Part shown: one piece after another, positions 19,220 through 29,118 of the stretch
Numbering within the stretch: position 1 is the first letter of the stretch
Layout of the letters: every line of letters starts with the position of its first letter
Assembly: GCA_029978705.1 (NCBI GenBank)
Contig: JAPOIY010000011.1
Location: 2,865-66,864, forward strand
DNA: 64,000 nucleotides
DNA from: Actinomycetota bacterium
Lineage (GTDB): Bacteria > Actinomycetota > Actinomycetes > S36-B12 > GCA-2699445
Direction: 5' to 3'
Translations under genes and position numbers: made by a program
Notes under the pieces: generated by a model
The model's database searches: none
The model's input: only the letters and a program-made list of their open reading frames with translations
Told to the model about the DNA's origin: nothing

Positions 19220-20205
19220 TGTTCGCTCTCCTGTCCGGGGGAGTCGGTTCCACCGCGCCGACGCTGGCTGCGGCTCTGCTTCTTGGGTTGCACCCGTTTG
19301 GGCGGGGGTGTCGCGGCTGGCTTGAGCGCCTCCTCGACGGAGGGAACGTCGCCGCGTTTGACCGCCTTGCGGGCTTCCTTCTCGGCCTGCCGTTGGAGAT
19401 AGGCGTCATGCGCCGGGGTGTTCGGCTGCGGGTTGTTGCGGATGACCCAGAACTGCTGCCCCATCGACCACAGGTTGGTGGTGAACCAGTAGATCAGCAC
19501 ACCCACGGGGAAGTTGATGCCACCGATCGCGAACATCAGGGGGAAGACGTACAGCAGGATCTTCTGCTGCCGCACGATCGGGTTGTCCCCCGCCGTGTTC
19601 TTGACGATGAGTTGGCGCTGGGTGGTGAACGTCGTCGCCGTCATCAGCAGGATCAGGATGACGGTGAGGATCCGGGTGTTGAGGGGGCTGGGGGTCTCGT
19701 CCGCGTGCACGAACGTGGCATACAGCGGCACGCCAAAGATCTCGGCGTTGTGCGCCAGGGGCAGCAGATCGGTGTACTGCGGCCACGCGAACACCCCGGG
19801 CGCGGTGTAGTTCGGGTCGGCCGGGTTGTACATCGCGATGCCCTGCAGCACATTGAACAGGGCGAAGAAGATCGGCATCTGCAGCAGGATCGGCAGACAC
19901 GAGGAGAGGGGATTGGTACCGGACTCCCGGTACAGCTTCATCATCTCCTGGCTCTGGCGCTCCCGGTCGCCGGCGTATTTCTTCTGGATCTCCTTGATCT
20001 GCGGCTGGATCAGCTGCATGTTGCGCTGCGCCTTGATCTGCTTCACGAAGAGCGGGATCAAGAGGATGCGGATGACGACGACGAGGCCGACGATCGACAG
20101 GGCCCAGGCCCAGCCGCTTCCTTCGCCCAGCACCGCGCCGAAGACCGAGTGGAACTGAACGAGAATCCACGAGACGGCGGTCTTCAGCCAGTCCAGAACG
20201 AACAC
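19216..20205 (-). CDS. yidC: Membrane protein insertase YidC
   Basis: 60-kDa inner-membrane insertase core (CLPILLQMPIFFALF..), basic C-terminal tail. GTG at 20205 with GGAG upstream. Confidence 0.95.
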   Translation of the reverse strand: MFVLDWLKTAVSWILVQFHSVFGAVLGEGSGWAWALSIVGLVVVIRILLIPLFVKQIKAQRNMQLIQPQIKEIQKKYAGDRERQSQEMMKLYRESGTNPLSSCLPILLQMPIFFALFNVLQGIAMYNPADPNYTAPGVFAWPQYTDLLPLAHNAEIFGVPLYATFVHADETPSPLNTRILTVILILLMTATTFTTQRQLIVKNTAGDNPIVRQQKILLYVFPLMFAIGGINFPVGVLIYWFTTNLWSMGQQFWVIRNNPQPNTPAHDAYLQRQAEKEARKAVKRGDVPSVEEALKPAATPPPKRVQPKKQSRSQRRRGGTDSPGQESEQ

Positions 20206-20286
20206 GGGCGGAACTCCAAGGTCGGGTGAGGTCCAGTGTGACTGCTGCCCCGGAACGGACCGTACTCGGGGTCAAACAGCCGCGCC

Positions 20287-21420
20287 TCAGTGGCCGGGGG
20301 ACTCCGATCGTCCCTGACCCACCGCCACCGGGTCAATTCCCTCGGCGTCCGCGTCGTCCGGCTGTCGGCCGGCCCACCAGGCCACCACCCACCCGGACAC
20401 GGCGAAGAGGGCCGCCAACCAGAGGATGGGTTCCTGCGGGATCGGGTACAGCGCCGTCACGAGGGCGATGACCCCGATGACCACTGCGACGAACCAGCGG
20501 GAGCGCCACCAGTGGTCCACCGGCGCCGTGCCGCCCCGGAATGAGTAGTGGGTGGTGAAGACACCGCGGTAGGCGAGGACCGCTGCCGCCAGCACCACGA
20601 TCACGACCAGGCCCCCCACCAGCGCGCTCAGTGCCGGGCTGGCGAACCCGATGTAGCCGGCCACGGTCCCGAAGCCGAACGACGGGAGGGTCACGTACCC
20701 CCCGCTGAACGACAACAGCGCCGCCAGCCCGAGGAGCATCACCACCGCGAGGATGATGGTGCCCGGCACGATGGACTGACCCTCGGCCCGGATCTGCCGC
20801 AAAGCGGGATTGCTCGCCGCCAGGACGAAGACGACGAGGAGGAACAGCCACGTGCTCGTCGGCTGGGTGACCGACATCAGGGGAGCGGCCACGGTTCCCG
20901 GGGTGCCGGCGCCGAAGCCCGCCAACAGCACCAGCACGAACAGGACGAGGAGGATGACGGTCCCGGTGCTCACGAGCCCGCGTAGGCTTCCGCCCCGCGC
21001 GGCGGCAGCGACCGCCGCGACCACCAGCACGAGGGCAAGGTCGCGCGGGCTGATCAGGGGCATCGGCGCCACGATGCTGCTCCCCCAGCGGATCACTGCG
21101 GAGCCGAGCACGATTCCTACGAGAAGAACGGACGTGAGCCGCCAGGCCTGGGCCACCCAGTGCCCGGCGGGGGAGGCGAGTTCGGCTGGCCCGATGAGAG
21201 AGGCCAACATCCCCGCCAGCACCGCGACCGTCATGGCAATCACCGTGGTCAGCGTCCACCCGTTGGGGCCGAAGGTCGCCCCCGCGATCGCCACCACGGG
21301 CAGGCCGGCGAGCATCGTGCGCATCCACGGCCGCGGCACGGTGATCTTCCCCGTCAGTCCCAGCAGGGCGACAAGTCCCGCGATGATCGCGAACACTGCG
21401 GCAGCCACGGTCATCACCAC
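20287..21420 (-). CDS. Polytopic integral membrane protein (about 11 predicted TM helices), function unknown
   Basis: Almost entirely hydrophobic helices. Its ATG overlaps the upstream lipase stop by 7 nt, indicating translational coupling. Confidence 0.65.
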   Translation of the reverse strand: MVMTVAAAVFAIIAGLVALLGLTGKITVPRPWMRTMLAGLPVVAIAGATFGPNGWTLTTVIAMTVAVLAGMLASLIGPAELASPAGHWVAQAWRLTSVLLVGIVLGSAVIRWGSSIVAPMPLISPRDLALVLVVAAVAAAARGGSLRGLVSTGTVILLVLFVLVLLAGFGAGTPGTVAAPLMSVTQPTSTWLFLLVVFVLAASNPALRQIRAEGQSIVPGTIILAVVMLLGLAALLSFSGGYVTLPSFGFGTVAGYIGFASPALSALVGGLVVIVVLAAAVLAYRGVFTTHYSFRGGTAPVDHWWRSRWFVAVVIGVIALVTALYPIPQEPILWLAALFAVSGWVVAWWAGRQPDDADAEGIDPVAVGQGRSESPGH

Positions 21421-22721
21421 CCTTCGCAGTAGTCGGTCATCGGTTCTCCCGAGAAACGTGCGTTCAGCCAGTTCAGGAACGGTCCCCGTGCCGTGTACTG
21501 CACCGAGCGGTGCACGTCGTTGGGGTAGGCCTCATAGTGGACCTTGTCGCCGAGCGCGCATCCCTGGACGGCCATCGCCCGCGTCAACTGCGGCACCACC
21601 CCGACGTCCAGGTCACCCTGCTGGATGAGGATGGGGATGGCGCTGTGGTGGACGAGCGGCTGTTCCATCGCCGGGATCTTGGCCAGGTCGATCGGCACCT
21701 TCGAGTTGAAGTAGTCGTGGAACGGCTTGTCGAGGAAGTCCAACTGGGCTCCCTGGCACAGTTTCGCGGCTTGCGGGATGAGTTTCGCCCCATCCGCGGT
21801 GTACCAGTCCTGGGCGTTGGAGATGTCCGGGTAGGTCTCGTTCCACGACGTGCTGAGGTCGGTGATGTATCCGCTGCGCGGGGTGGGGCCGTCGCCGCCC
21901 GTCGATCCCAGGAGGGCGTTGATGGCCGCCGGGATCGGGGGCACGCCACCGGGGGCCTGCGCCACGGATCCCCGGATCGACAACTCGGGGGCGTACTCGG
22001 CGGCCATGTCGGCCGTGGTCAGCGCGACGTAGCCCCCCTCACTGTGCCCGAGTACCCCCAGATTGAGACTGTCGAGCCGCTGGGGCCGCAGGGTCAGCGC
22101 CGCCCGCAGGCTGTCCAACACGTCGTAGGACTGTTTGCGCAGGAGGTAGGTCGCATTGCCCGGTGCCCCCATGCCCTCGTAGTCGGTGGCCACCACGGCG
22201 TAGCCGGCCGACACCATCGGTCCGATCAGGGTGCGCCAGTACTCGTTGCCCGCGGTCTTGTCCTCGAACGGTGCCTGGGACATCCCGCACTCGACCCCGA
22301 TGCCCGTGGTGCCGTGCGCGAAGGCCATCAGCGGGAAGCGGTTGCCCTGTGTGGGGGGCGTGGTGGGCTCGACGTACAGGGCGGAGACGGCCACCGGGTC
22401 TCCGGTGTTGTCCCGGCTCAGGTACAGCAGCCGCCAGGCCGCAGTTCCCTCCGGGGCGTCGTCGATGGACTCGGAGCGCAGCACGGTGCCCGCCGGCTGT
22501 TGGGGCAGCGGATCGGGCGGGGTGTAGAACGAGCTGGGTTTGATCCCCTTGGAGGCGTCGAAGGGAGGTGCGGTCGCCGCGTCGGTATTGCCCCCCGCCA
22601 GCGGCTGGCTGGGGGACATCGCCGTGACGTTGAGCCACACGGCGGCGAGCAGGGTGACGACGACCACCACGAGTACGGTGGTGACCTTTTGCTGTCCGTT
22701 CACCCTCCGTATGGTTGCCAC
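21414..22721 (-). CDS. Secreted alpha/beta-hydrolase, LIP-family (secretory lipase-like)
   Basis: N-terminal signal anchor (VTTVLVVVVVTLLAAV) and the nucleophile elbow GVLGHSEGG (GxSxG). Size and layout fit secretory lipases. Confidence 0.75.
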   Translation of the reverse strand: MATIRRVNGQQKVTTVLVVVVVTLLAAVWLNVTAMSPSQPLAGGNTDAATAPPFDASKGIKPSSFYTPPDPLPQQPAGTVLRSESIDDAPEGTAAWRLLYLSRDNTGDPVAVSALYVEPTTPPTQGNRFPLMAFAHGTTGIGVECGMSQAPFEDKTAGNEYWRTLIGPMVSAGYAVVATDYEGMGAPGNATYLLRKQSYDVLDSLRAALTLRPQRLDSLNLGVLGHSEGGYVALTTADMAAEYAPELSIRGSVAQAPGGVPPIPAAINALLGSTGGDGPTPRSGYITDLSTSWNETYPDISNAQDWYTADGAKLIPQAAKLCQGAQLDFLDKPFHDYFNSKVPIDLAKIPAMEQPLVHHSAIPILIQQGDLDVGVVPQLTRAMAVQGCALGDKVHYEAYPNDVHRSVQYTARGPFLNWLNARFSGEPMTDYCEGW

Positions 22722-22749
22722 TTCCGGCGGGCGACGCGCGGTGAATCGG

Positions 22750-23124
22750 TCAGGTTGTCCGGTTCGTTCCCGAGGGGGGCCGCGCCGAGCCGTCCGGGTT
22801 CACCGGGGAGCGCCACTCCCCCCGCAGCGGCACCTGGTCGATGCCGCCCTTGTTCCAGGGGTTGCAGCGGGCGACCCGGGCAGTGGTCAGCACCGTTCCC
22901 TTGAAGGCGCCGTGACGTTCGATCGCGTGCCGGCCGTACTCCGAACAACACGGATAGAGGCGGCAGGACGGCGGCAGGAGGGGCGAGAGGAGCTTCTGAT
23001 ACCCGCGGATCAGACCGAGCAGGACGAAGCGGACGGGCCATCCCAGCCACCACAACAAGGTGGCCAACGGACTCCGCTCAGGGGGCGGCACGCGTGGCCC
23101 TTTCCAGGATCCGGGCGACGGCAC
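22750..23124 (-). CDS. yidD: Membrane protein insertion efficiency factor YidD
   Basis: YQKLLSPLLPPSCRLYPCCSEYGRHAIERHG..CNPW signature. Start uncertain: ATG 23124 or GTG 23091, both overlapping the rnpA 3' end. Confidence 0.85.
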   Translation of the reverse strand: MPSPGSWKGPRVPPPERSPLATLLWWLGWPVRFVLLGLIRGYQKLLSPLLPPSCRLYPCCSEYGRHAIERHGAFKGTVLTTARVARCNPWNKGGIDQVPLRGEWRSPVNPDGSARPPSGTNRTT

Positions 23125-23422
23125 CGGCGACGGCCTCCGGGTCCCGACCGGCAGCCGGTAACGCCCGCAGGACCAGTACGGACCCAGCGGGCAGGCCGCG
23201 CAGGCCCGGTGCCGCCGCGTGGCGCATGATGCGGCTCACCCGATGTCGCCGGACCGAGTCTCCGACCTGCTTGGAGACGATGAGTCCGAGCCGGGGTGGA
23301 TCGGCCGCATCTGCGTCGACCAGCAGGTGGCCGATGACGGGCCCGCTGGGGATCCGCCGCCCGGCTCGCACCGCAGCTGCGAACATCCGGCTGTCGGTGA
23401 GCCGATGCCGCCGGGGCAGCAT
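23078..23422 (-). CDS. rnpA: Ribonuclease P protein component
   Basis: MLPRRHRLTDSRMF.. N-terminus, GLIVSKQVGDSVRRHRVSR RNR-like motif. Lies 8 nt downstream of rpmH. Confidence 0.85.
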   Translation of the reverse strand: MLPRRHRLTDSRMFAAAVRAGRRIPSGPVIGHLLVDADAADPPRLGLIVSKQVGDSVRRHRVSRIMRHAAAPGLRGLPAGSVLVLRALPAAGRDPEAVAGAVARILERATRAAP

Positions 23423-23430
23423 ACGCTCAG

Positions 23431-23568
23431 TCAGGCGGTCAGTTTGGCGCGGCCGCGGGAACGGCGGGCGTTCACGATCGACCGGCCCGCGCGGGTCCGC
23501 ATCCGCAAGCGGAAGCCGTGCTTCTTCGCTCGCCGCCGGTTGTTCGGCTGGAACGTGCGCTTCGACAT
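23431..23568 (-). CDS. rpmH: 50S ribosomal protein L34
   Basis: Hand translation gives [45 protein letters not shown] (45 aa). It is below the ORF-track size cut-off. GGAGAA lies upstream. Confidence 0.95.
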   Translation of the reverse strand: MSKRTFQPNNRRRAKKHGFRLRMRTRAGRSIVNARRSRGRAKLTA

Positions 23569-23876
23569 CGGTTTCTCCTGGGGAAGTTCGGCTGGTCGGG
23601 CACCACCCGCCAGGGACGCCGAGAGGCGGCTGGCCGGTGGGCAACCCCTCTACGGTACGGAGCGGCGTGGCGGCGGTCAAACCTGTGTGGCCCGCCTCCG
23701 GGAATGTGGCACGATACGAGAGGCCAGTACCCGAACGGCTGTACGACACGCCGTCGGGAACGAGAAGTTACGGGAATTGTTCAGATTCACCTTGACGGCT
23801 TCGGGGACGGTGCGACTAAGGTCACACCGGCACTGGGAGGGGACCACCGGGCGGGGTGCGCAACGGGGTCGAGAAC

Positions 23877-23908
23877 ATGTCCACAGCCTGTGCATAACGT
23901 TGTGAATC
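23877..23908. promoter_or_regulatory. DnaA-box-like sites upstream of dnaA (ATGTCCACA 23877-23885; TGTGCATAA 23889-23897; TTGTGAATC 23900-23908)
   Basis: 8/9 and weaker matches to TTGTCCACA, read directly. Located 55-85 nt upstream of the dnaA ATG. Confidence 0.5.
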
Positions 23909-23962
23909 GTTATGTCGGCTGCTGGAAGATCACCGGGACGATGGCAGTGAGGGGCTCACAGG

Positions 23963-25450
23963 ATGACGGATCTGAACGCGATCTGGCCGGCGGTACTCAG
24001 CGAGGTCGCGGACGGGGAGGTCACTCCGCATCAGCGGGCGATCCTGGAACTGACCTGCCCGGTCGGCATAGTGGGCCACACCGTGGTGGTCGCCGTCCCC
24101 AATGACTTCACCAAGGACGCGGTCGAGACCCGCCACCGGATTCCCATGGCCGACTGCCTGGGCCGCCACATGGGCCAGCGGGTACAGCTGGCCCTGACCG
24201 TCGACCCGGCGCTGGCGCCCGGACCGGACGAGGCCACCACGGATGTGGTCGCCGACGCCACCTACGCGCCCGCCACCGAACGACCTGTGCCCGAAGCGCG
24301 CCCGACCTCGACGGTGAGTCCGCTGGTGCCGACCCACGCCGACCGCACCTACACCGACCCGATCCGCCCCGGAAGCGGTGGGCCCGGCACCCCTCGTCTC
24401 GAGGAGAGCCGCCTCAATCCCCGCTACACGTTCGACACCTTCGTCATCGGCTCCAGCAACCGCTTCGCGCATGCGGCTGCGGTGGCCGCCGCCGAACAAC
24501 CTGCTCGCGCCTACAACCCGCTGGTCATCTACGGCGAGAGTGGTCTGGGCAAGACCCACCTCCTGCACGCCATCGGCCACTACACCAAGGAGATGTACTC
24601 GGGCACGCGGGTGCGCTACGTCTCCAGCGAGGAGTTCACGAACGAGTTCATCAACTCGATCCGGGACGACAAGGCCGCCGTGTTCCAGCGGCGTTACCGC
24701 GACGTCGACCTTCTCCTGGTGGACGACATCCAGTTCCTCAGCGGCAAGGTGCAGACGCAGGAGGAGTTCTTCCACACCTTCAACACCCTGCACAACAACA
24801 GCAAACAGATCGTCGTCACCTGCGACATCCATCCCCGCCAACTGCCGGACTTCGAGGACCGGATGCGATCCCGTTTCGAGTGGGGTCTCATCACCGACGT
24901 CCAGCCGCCGGACCTCGAGACCCGCATCGCGATCCTCCGCAAGAAGACCAACCAGGAGGGCATGAACGTGCCCGACGACGTCCTCGAGTACATCGCCGAC
25001 CGGATCTCCAGCAACATCCGGGAACTCGAAGGATCCCTCATCCGCGTGACCGCATTCGCCAGCCTCAACAGCGTTCCCGTCGACCGGGATCTTGCTCAGG
25101 AGGTACTCAAGGACCTCATCACCGATCAGGCGAGGCCGGAGGTCTCCGCGGGCCTGATCATGGCCGAGAGTGCCCAGTACTACGGCTTCACCATCGACGA
25201 CCTGTGCGGCACGTCGCGCAGCCGCACTCTCGTTGTGGCCCGCCAGGTCGCCATGTACCTCTGCCGGGAACTGACGGACCTGTCCTTCCCCAAAGTCGGC
25301 CAGGCCTTCGGGGGGCGAGACCACACCACTGTCATGCACGCCGAGCGCAAGATCCGCAAGGAGATCGCGCAGCGCCGCAGCCTGTACAACCAGGTGGCCG
25401 ATCTGACGTCCCGTATCAAGGCCGAGGCACGCGCCAACCGCTCCTTCTGA
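23963..25450 (+). CDS. dnaA: Chromosomal replication initiator DnaA
   Basis: Walker [19 protein letters not shown], and a domain IV DNA-binding helix (..HTTVMHA..KI). GAGGGG lies upstream of the ATG. Confidence 0.97.
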   Translation: MTDLNAIWPAVLSEVADGEVTPHQRAILELTCPVGIVGHTVVVAVPNDFTKDAVETRHRIPMADCLGRHMGQRVQLALTVDPALAPGPDEATTDVVADATYAPATERPVPEARPTSTVSPLVPTHADRTYTDPIRPGSGGPGTPRLEESRLNPRYTFDTFVIGSSNRFAHAAAVAAAEQPARAYNPLVIYGESGLGKTHLLHAIGHYTKEMYSGTRVRYVSSEEFTNEFINSIRDDKAAVFQRRYRDVDLLLVDDIQFLSGKVQTQEEFFHTFNTLHNNSKQIVVTCDIHPRQLPDFEDRMRSRFEWGLITDVQPPDLETRIAILRKKTNQEGMNVPDDVLEYIADRISSNIRELEGSLIRVTAFASLNSVPVDRDLAQEVLKDLITDQARPEVSAGLIMAESAQYYGFTIDDLCGTSRSRTLVVARQVAMYLCRELTDLSFPKVGQAFGGRDHTTVMHAERKIRKEIAQRRSLYNQVADLTSRIKAEARANRSF

Positions 25451-26030
25451 CCATGCAACTCCTGCGCTCCTTACATCTGGGAAACACTCTCGATGTTTCG
25501 CCGACACCTACGCCGGATAGAAGAGGTGACGTGAACCTTCCTCGCGTTTCCGCCGTCGTCGCCGTCGCCGCTGCCGTCGCCATGGCGGCCGAGGGTCTCC
25601 TCCTGCGGGAGTGGGACCAGCGCGTGGACGACCTCTACCGCTGACTCCGGCTCGACCGTCACCGGTCCCCTAATGACACCCGTGCAACATGTGCACCGGC
25701 TGTTCACGCCCTGCGGATCGACATCTGTGTGATTCGGGACGATGACGCGTAAGTGGTGTTCCGTCCGCCCGTCGTCCACCGGTGTCCACAGTTTCCGGGG
25801 CGGCACCCACACCCCCTCTGGATCACGCCACGCCTGCTCCGCGCTCCCGGTGGCGACTGTCCACACTGTCCCCAGTTCCTATGACGATGACGGAACCTCT
25901 CCATCCATGATCTGAAGCCCACCATCAGGTGTGGGGACAACGGCGCGGCCCGTGGATCGTGCCGCCAGGCGGCGACGGTATGTAAGGATTGGCCACTGGC
26001 ACGCGGGGGCGGGCCATCTGGGAGGGCGTA
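25451..26030. other. dnaA-dnaN intergenic region; candidate oriC
   Basis: A 580-bp non-coding gap at the canonical actinobacterial oriC position. DnaA-box-like 9-mers GTGTCCACA (25782-25790), CTGTCCACA (25857-25865), TCGTCCACC (25772-25780) and TGTGGGGACAA (25930-25940). Locally AT-richer stretches. The coding-strand switch is nearby. Confidence 0.6.
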
Positions 26031-27140
26031 ATGAAGATCAGGGTCGAGCAGGAGGAGTTCGCCGAGGCTGTCGCGTGGGCGGCCCGCACTCTTCCCAGCC
26101 GTCCGACGACACCGGTTCTCACCGGGGTGCGGCTGAGTGGTGACGGCGATGCGATCCAGCTCGCTGCGTTCGACCTCGAGGTTTCGGCCAAGGCTGACGT
26201 CCCCGCCGTCATCGATGAACCTGGCACAGCTGTGGTGAACGGCCGACTCCTCGCCGAGATCGCCAAGGCGTTGCCCGCCCAACCCGTCGAACTCGGGCTG
26301 GAAGGCAATCGTGTCAGTGTTCGCTGTGGCCGCTCCACCTTCGGATTGCCCACCATGGCGGTCGAGGACTACCCGGCCCTCCCGGAACTCCCCCCGCACG
26401 CGGGGCAGGTCAGTGCATCGGACTTCGCTGCAGCTGTGGCCCAGGTCGCCATCGCCGCCTCCCGCGACGACACGCTGCCGGTGCTCACCGGGATCAGGGT
26501 GGAGCTGACGGCCACCTCCATGCGGATGGCGGCGACGGACCGGTACCGGTTGGCAGTGCGCGACATCCCCTGGCAGCCCGCCGCTGGGGGCGAGCACTTC
26601 GCCCTCGTGAAGGCCCGGCAACTGCATGAGCTCGGCCGTTCTCTGGGACACGCGGACGCGGTCCAGATCGCCCTGGGGGAGGGGGATGACGGCCGGATCG
26701 GTTTCGGACTGGGCGATCGAGAGTTGGTCACCCGCCTGCTCGCCGGCGACTTCCCCCGGTACGAACAACTGCTGCCCTCGGAGTCCCACACGGTGGCCAC
26801 CGTGGCCACGGCCGCCCTGACGGAAGCCGCCAAGCGCGTGAAGCTGGTGGCCGCCGAACGTACCACCCCCATCCGGCTGCAGTTCAGCGACGGTGAGGTG
26901 CTGCTGCGGGCCGGTGCCTATGACGACGCGAACGCCAGCGAGTCGCTGGAGTGCGAGATGTCCGGGGACCCGATCGAGATCGCGTTCAACCCCGACTATC
27001 TGCTCGATGGCCTCACGGCGGTCGGCACCGACCAGACGACGTTGTCCTTCACCACCGCGAACAAGCCGGCCGTCCTCAGCCCGGCGGGGGACGACACCTC
27101 CTACCAGTACCTGCTCATGCCGGTGCGTCTCAGCAACTGA
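26031..27140 (+). CDS. dnaN: DNA polymerase III beta sliding clamp
   Basis: MKIRVEQEEFAEAVAWAARTLPSRPTTPVLTGVRL.. N-terminus, GGAGGG RBS, C-terminal LLMPVRL. Confidence 0.95.
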   Translation: MKIRVEQEEFAEAVAWAARTLPSRPTTPVLTGVRLSGDGDAIQLAAFDLEVSAKADVPAVIDEPGTAVVNGRLLAEIAKALPAQPVELGLEGNRVSVRCGRSTFGLPTMAVEDYPALPELPPHAGQVSASDFAAAVAQVAIAASRDDTLPVLTGIRVELTATSMRMAATDRYRLAVRDIPWQPAAGGEHFALVKARQLHELGRSLGHADAVQIALGEGDDGRIGFGLGDRELVTRLLAGDFPRYEQLLPSESHTVATVATAALTEAAKRVKLVAAERTTPIRLQFSDGEVLLRAGAYDDANASESLECEMSGDPIEIAFNPDYLLDGLTAVGTDQTTLSFTTANKPAVLSPAGDDTSYQYLLMPVRLSN

Positions 27141-27159
27141 TCGACCGAGCAGCCGAACG

Positions 27160-28275
27160 GTGTGGGTCTCCCGGCTCGAGCTGCGGGACTTCCGCTCCTA
27201 TGAGAGTTGCGAACTCGACCTGTCGGCTGGGCCGGTCGTACTCGTCGGCCCCAACGGCCGGGGCAAGACCAACCTCGTGGAAGGCATCATCTACAGCTCG
27301 GCCCTCGACAGCCACCGCGTCCACGGTGACGCCCCTCTGGTGCGAACGGGCGCCGATCATGCCGTCATCCGCACGACTGTGGCGACCGGGGAACGGTCCA
27401 CCACCGTCGAGATCCAACTGAATCCCGGGCGCGCGAACCGGATTCAGGTCAACGGCCAGGCAGTGGGCCGCACCCGGGACGTGGTGGGCATCGTCCGCAG
27501 TTGCGTCTTCGCACCGGAACACCTCCGGCTGGTCAAGGGGGAGCCGGCCGACCGGCGCCGGTTCCTCGACAGCGTGATGGTGCAGGTCGCCCCGCGCTAT
27601 CTGGGGGTGCGCAGCGACTTCGAGCGAGCGCTGAAACAACGCAATGCGGCGCTGCGCTCCCTCGTGGCCGCTCCGACCCGCGAGGCGGAGGCTGTGCTGG
27701 CAGCCTGGGACGAGAGGTATGCGCCGATCGCCGCCGAACTCGCGTGGGGTCGCTACAACGCCGTCCAGCAGCTGTCCGACGTGGTGGTCGACGCATACCG
27801 ACGGATCAGTCCGCAGGACGACGAGGTGACCATCTCCTACGAGTCCGCGGTCCCCGCCTGGCACAGCCGCGAGGAACTCGCGTCGGCGCTGTCCGAAGCG
27901 CTGCGGGAGCGGCACCGGGACGAGATCCGGCGGGGGGGCACGTTGATCGGACCCCACCGCGACGACATCGGTATCAACCTCAACGGACCGCCGGCCCGCA
28001 CCCACGCCAGCCACGGTGAGGCGTGGTCCCTGGCCCTCGCGCTCCAGTTGGCGTCGTTCGACGTGCTGAACCGGATCGGCGACGACCCGCCCGTCCTGAT
28101 CCTCGACGATGTGTTCGCCGAGCTCGACGAGGTGCGGCGGGAGCGGCTGCTGGACGCCGTGACCGGAGCGGAGCAGATCCTGGTGACGGCGGCGGTGGCC
28201 GCCGACGTGCCCGCGCAACTCCACGCGCGGTCGCTGCAGGTCACCAGGGTCGACGGCGTCACCCACATCGAGTGA
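27160..28275 (+). CDS. recF: DNA replication/repair protein RecF
   Basis: Walker A GPNGRGKTNLVEG, signature region, LILDDVFAELD Walker B. GTG at 27160. Confidence 0.9.
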   Translation: MWVSRLELRDFRSYESCELDLSAGPVVLVGPNGRGKTNLVEGIIYSSALDSHRVHGDAPLVRTGADHAVIRTTVATGERSTTVEIQLNPGRANRIQVNGQAVGRTRDVVGIVRSCVFAPEHLRLVKGEPADRRRFLDSVMVQVAPRYLGVRSDFERALKQRNAALRSLVAAPTREAEAVLAAWDERYAPIAAELAWGRYNAVQQLSDVVVDAYRRISPQDDEVTISYESAVPAWHSREELASALSEALRERHRDEIRRGGTLIGPHRDDIGINLNGPPARTHASHGEAWSLALALQLASFDVLNRIGDDPPVLILDDVFAELDEVRRERLLDAVTGAEQILVTAAVAADVPAQLHARSLQVTRVDGVTHIE

Positions 28276-28355
28276 CCGGGTGATGTGCGCCGATTACGGC
28301 GCGAAAAGAGACCCTCTCGACTTACCGTGCGGATAGCACGTCAGAGGAGGCGGTC

Positions 28356-29093
28356 ATGCGGCGGTTCACAGCAGTCTTCACCGGGGGAATCGTGGTGGTG
28401 GCGGGCCTCGCGGCGGTGGGCCCGGTCGCGCCGGCCTCAGCCGGGACGGTCTCCGCGTGCGTCAAGAAGAAGACCGGTGAGATGCGCATGCTCACCGGCA
28501 CCAAGAAACGTAAGTGTGCCAAGGGTTGGAAGAAGGTCACCTGGAACCAGGAGGGCCCGCAGGGGAGTACCGGCTCGCCGGGATCGACCGGACCCCAGGG
28601 ACCGCAGGGGAGTACCGGTGCCACGGGGCCCAAGTTGGTGGTCAAGGACGGCACCGGAGCCACTCTGGGTTCCCTGGTGTCGATATTCCCCGGCGATGCC
28701 GCCTTCTTCGTGCTGGTCCTGGTCGGCGACCGGATCTACTCGTACCAGCCGAATGGCCGGGTGGCGGCCATGGGTTCGCCGGTGTTCTTGGATTCTTCCT
28801 GTGCGTCCACTCCCTATGTGACGGCCGCGAATGCGGACGAGGAAGCCGGTTTGGTGGCTCTGGCCGGGACGCAGTTCCGGCTCACCTTCCGCCCCACCGC
28901 GCCGACGCCAGGGAATATCAGCACCTACTCGTTCACCAACGTGACGCTGACGCCACCGGGGACCATCTATGAGTGGAACGCCTCCGGCGCCTGCGTGCTC
29001 GATACCTCGGCTCCCAGTGCTCTGGTGAAACTGGCCACGGAGGCCACCGGACCCTCGGACAAGCCCGGGCCGCTGACCCTCGCGGAGGGGTGA
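28356..29093 (+). CDS. Secreted protein with a short collagen-like (G-X-Y) repeat tract
   Basis: Strong RBS AGAGGAGG 6 nt before the ATG. Signal peptide ending PASAG. Lys-rich Cys pair (ACVKKKTGEMRML..KRKCAKGWKK). Then GPQGSTGSPGSTGPQGPQGSTGATGPK, nine G-X-Y triplets, followed by a globular C-terminal domain. Confidence 0.75.
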   Translation: MRRFTAVFTGGIVVVAGLAAVGPVAPASAGTVSACVKKKTGEMRMLTGTKKRKCAKGWKKVTWNQEGPQGSTGSPGSTGPQGPQGSTGATGPKLVVKDGTGATLGSLVSIFPGDAAFFVLVLVGDRIYSYQPNGRVAAMGSPVFLDSSCASTPYVTAANADEEAGLVALAGTQFRLTFRPTAPTPGNISTYSFTNVTLTPPGTIYEWNASGACVLDTSAPSALVKLATEATGPSDKPGPLTLAEG

Positions 29094-29118
29094 CGGCCCT
29101 CGCTCGTAGGGTGGTGGG

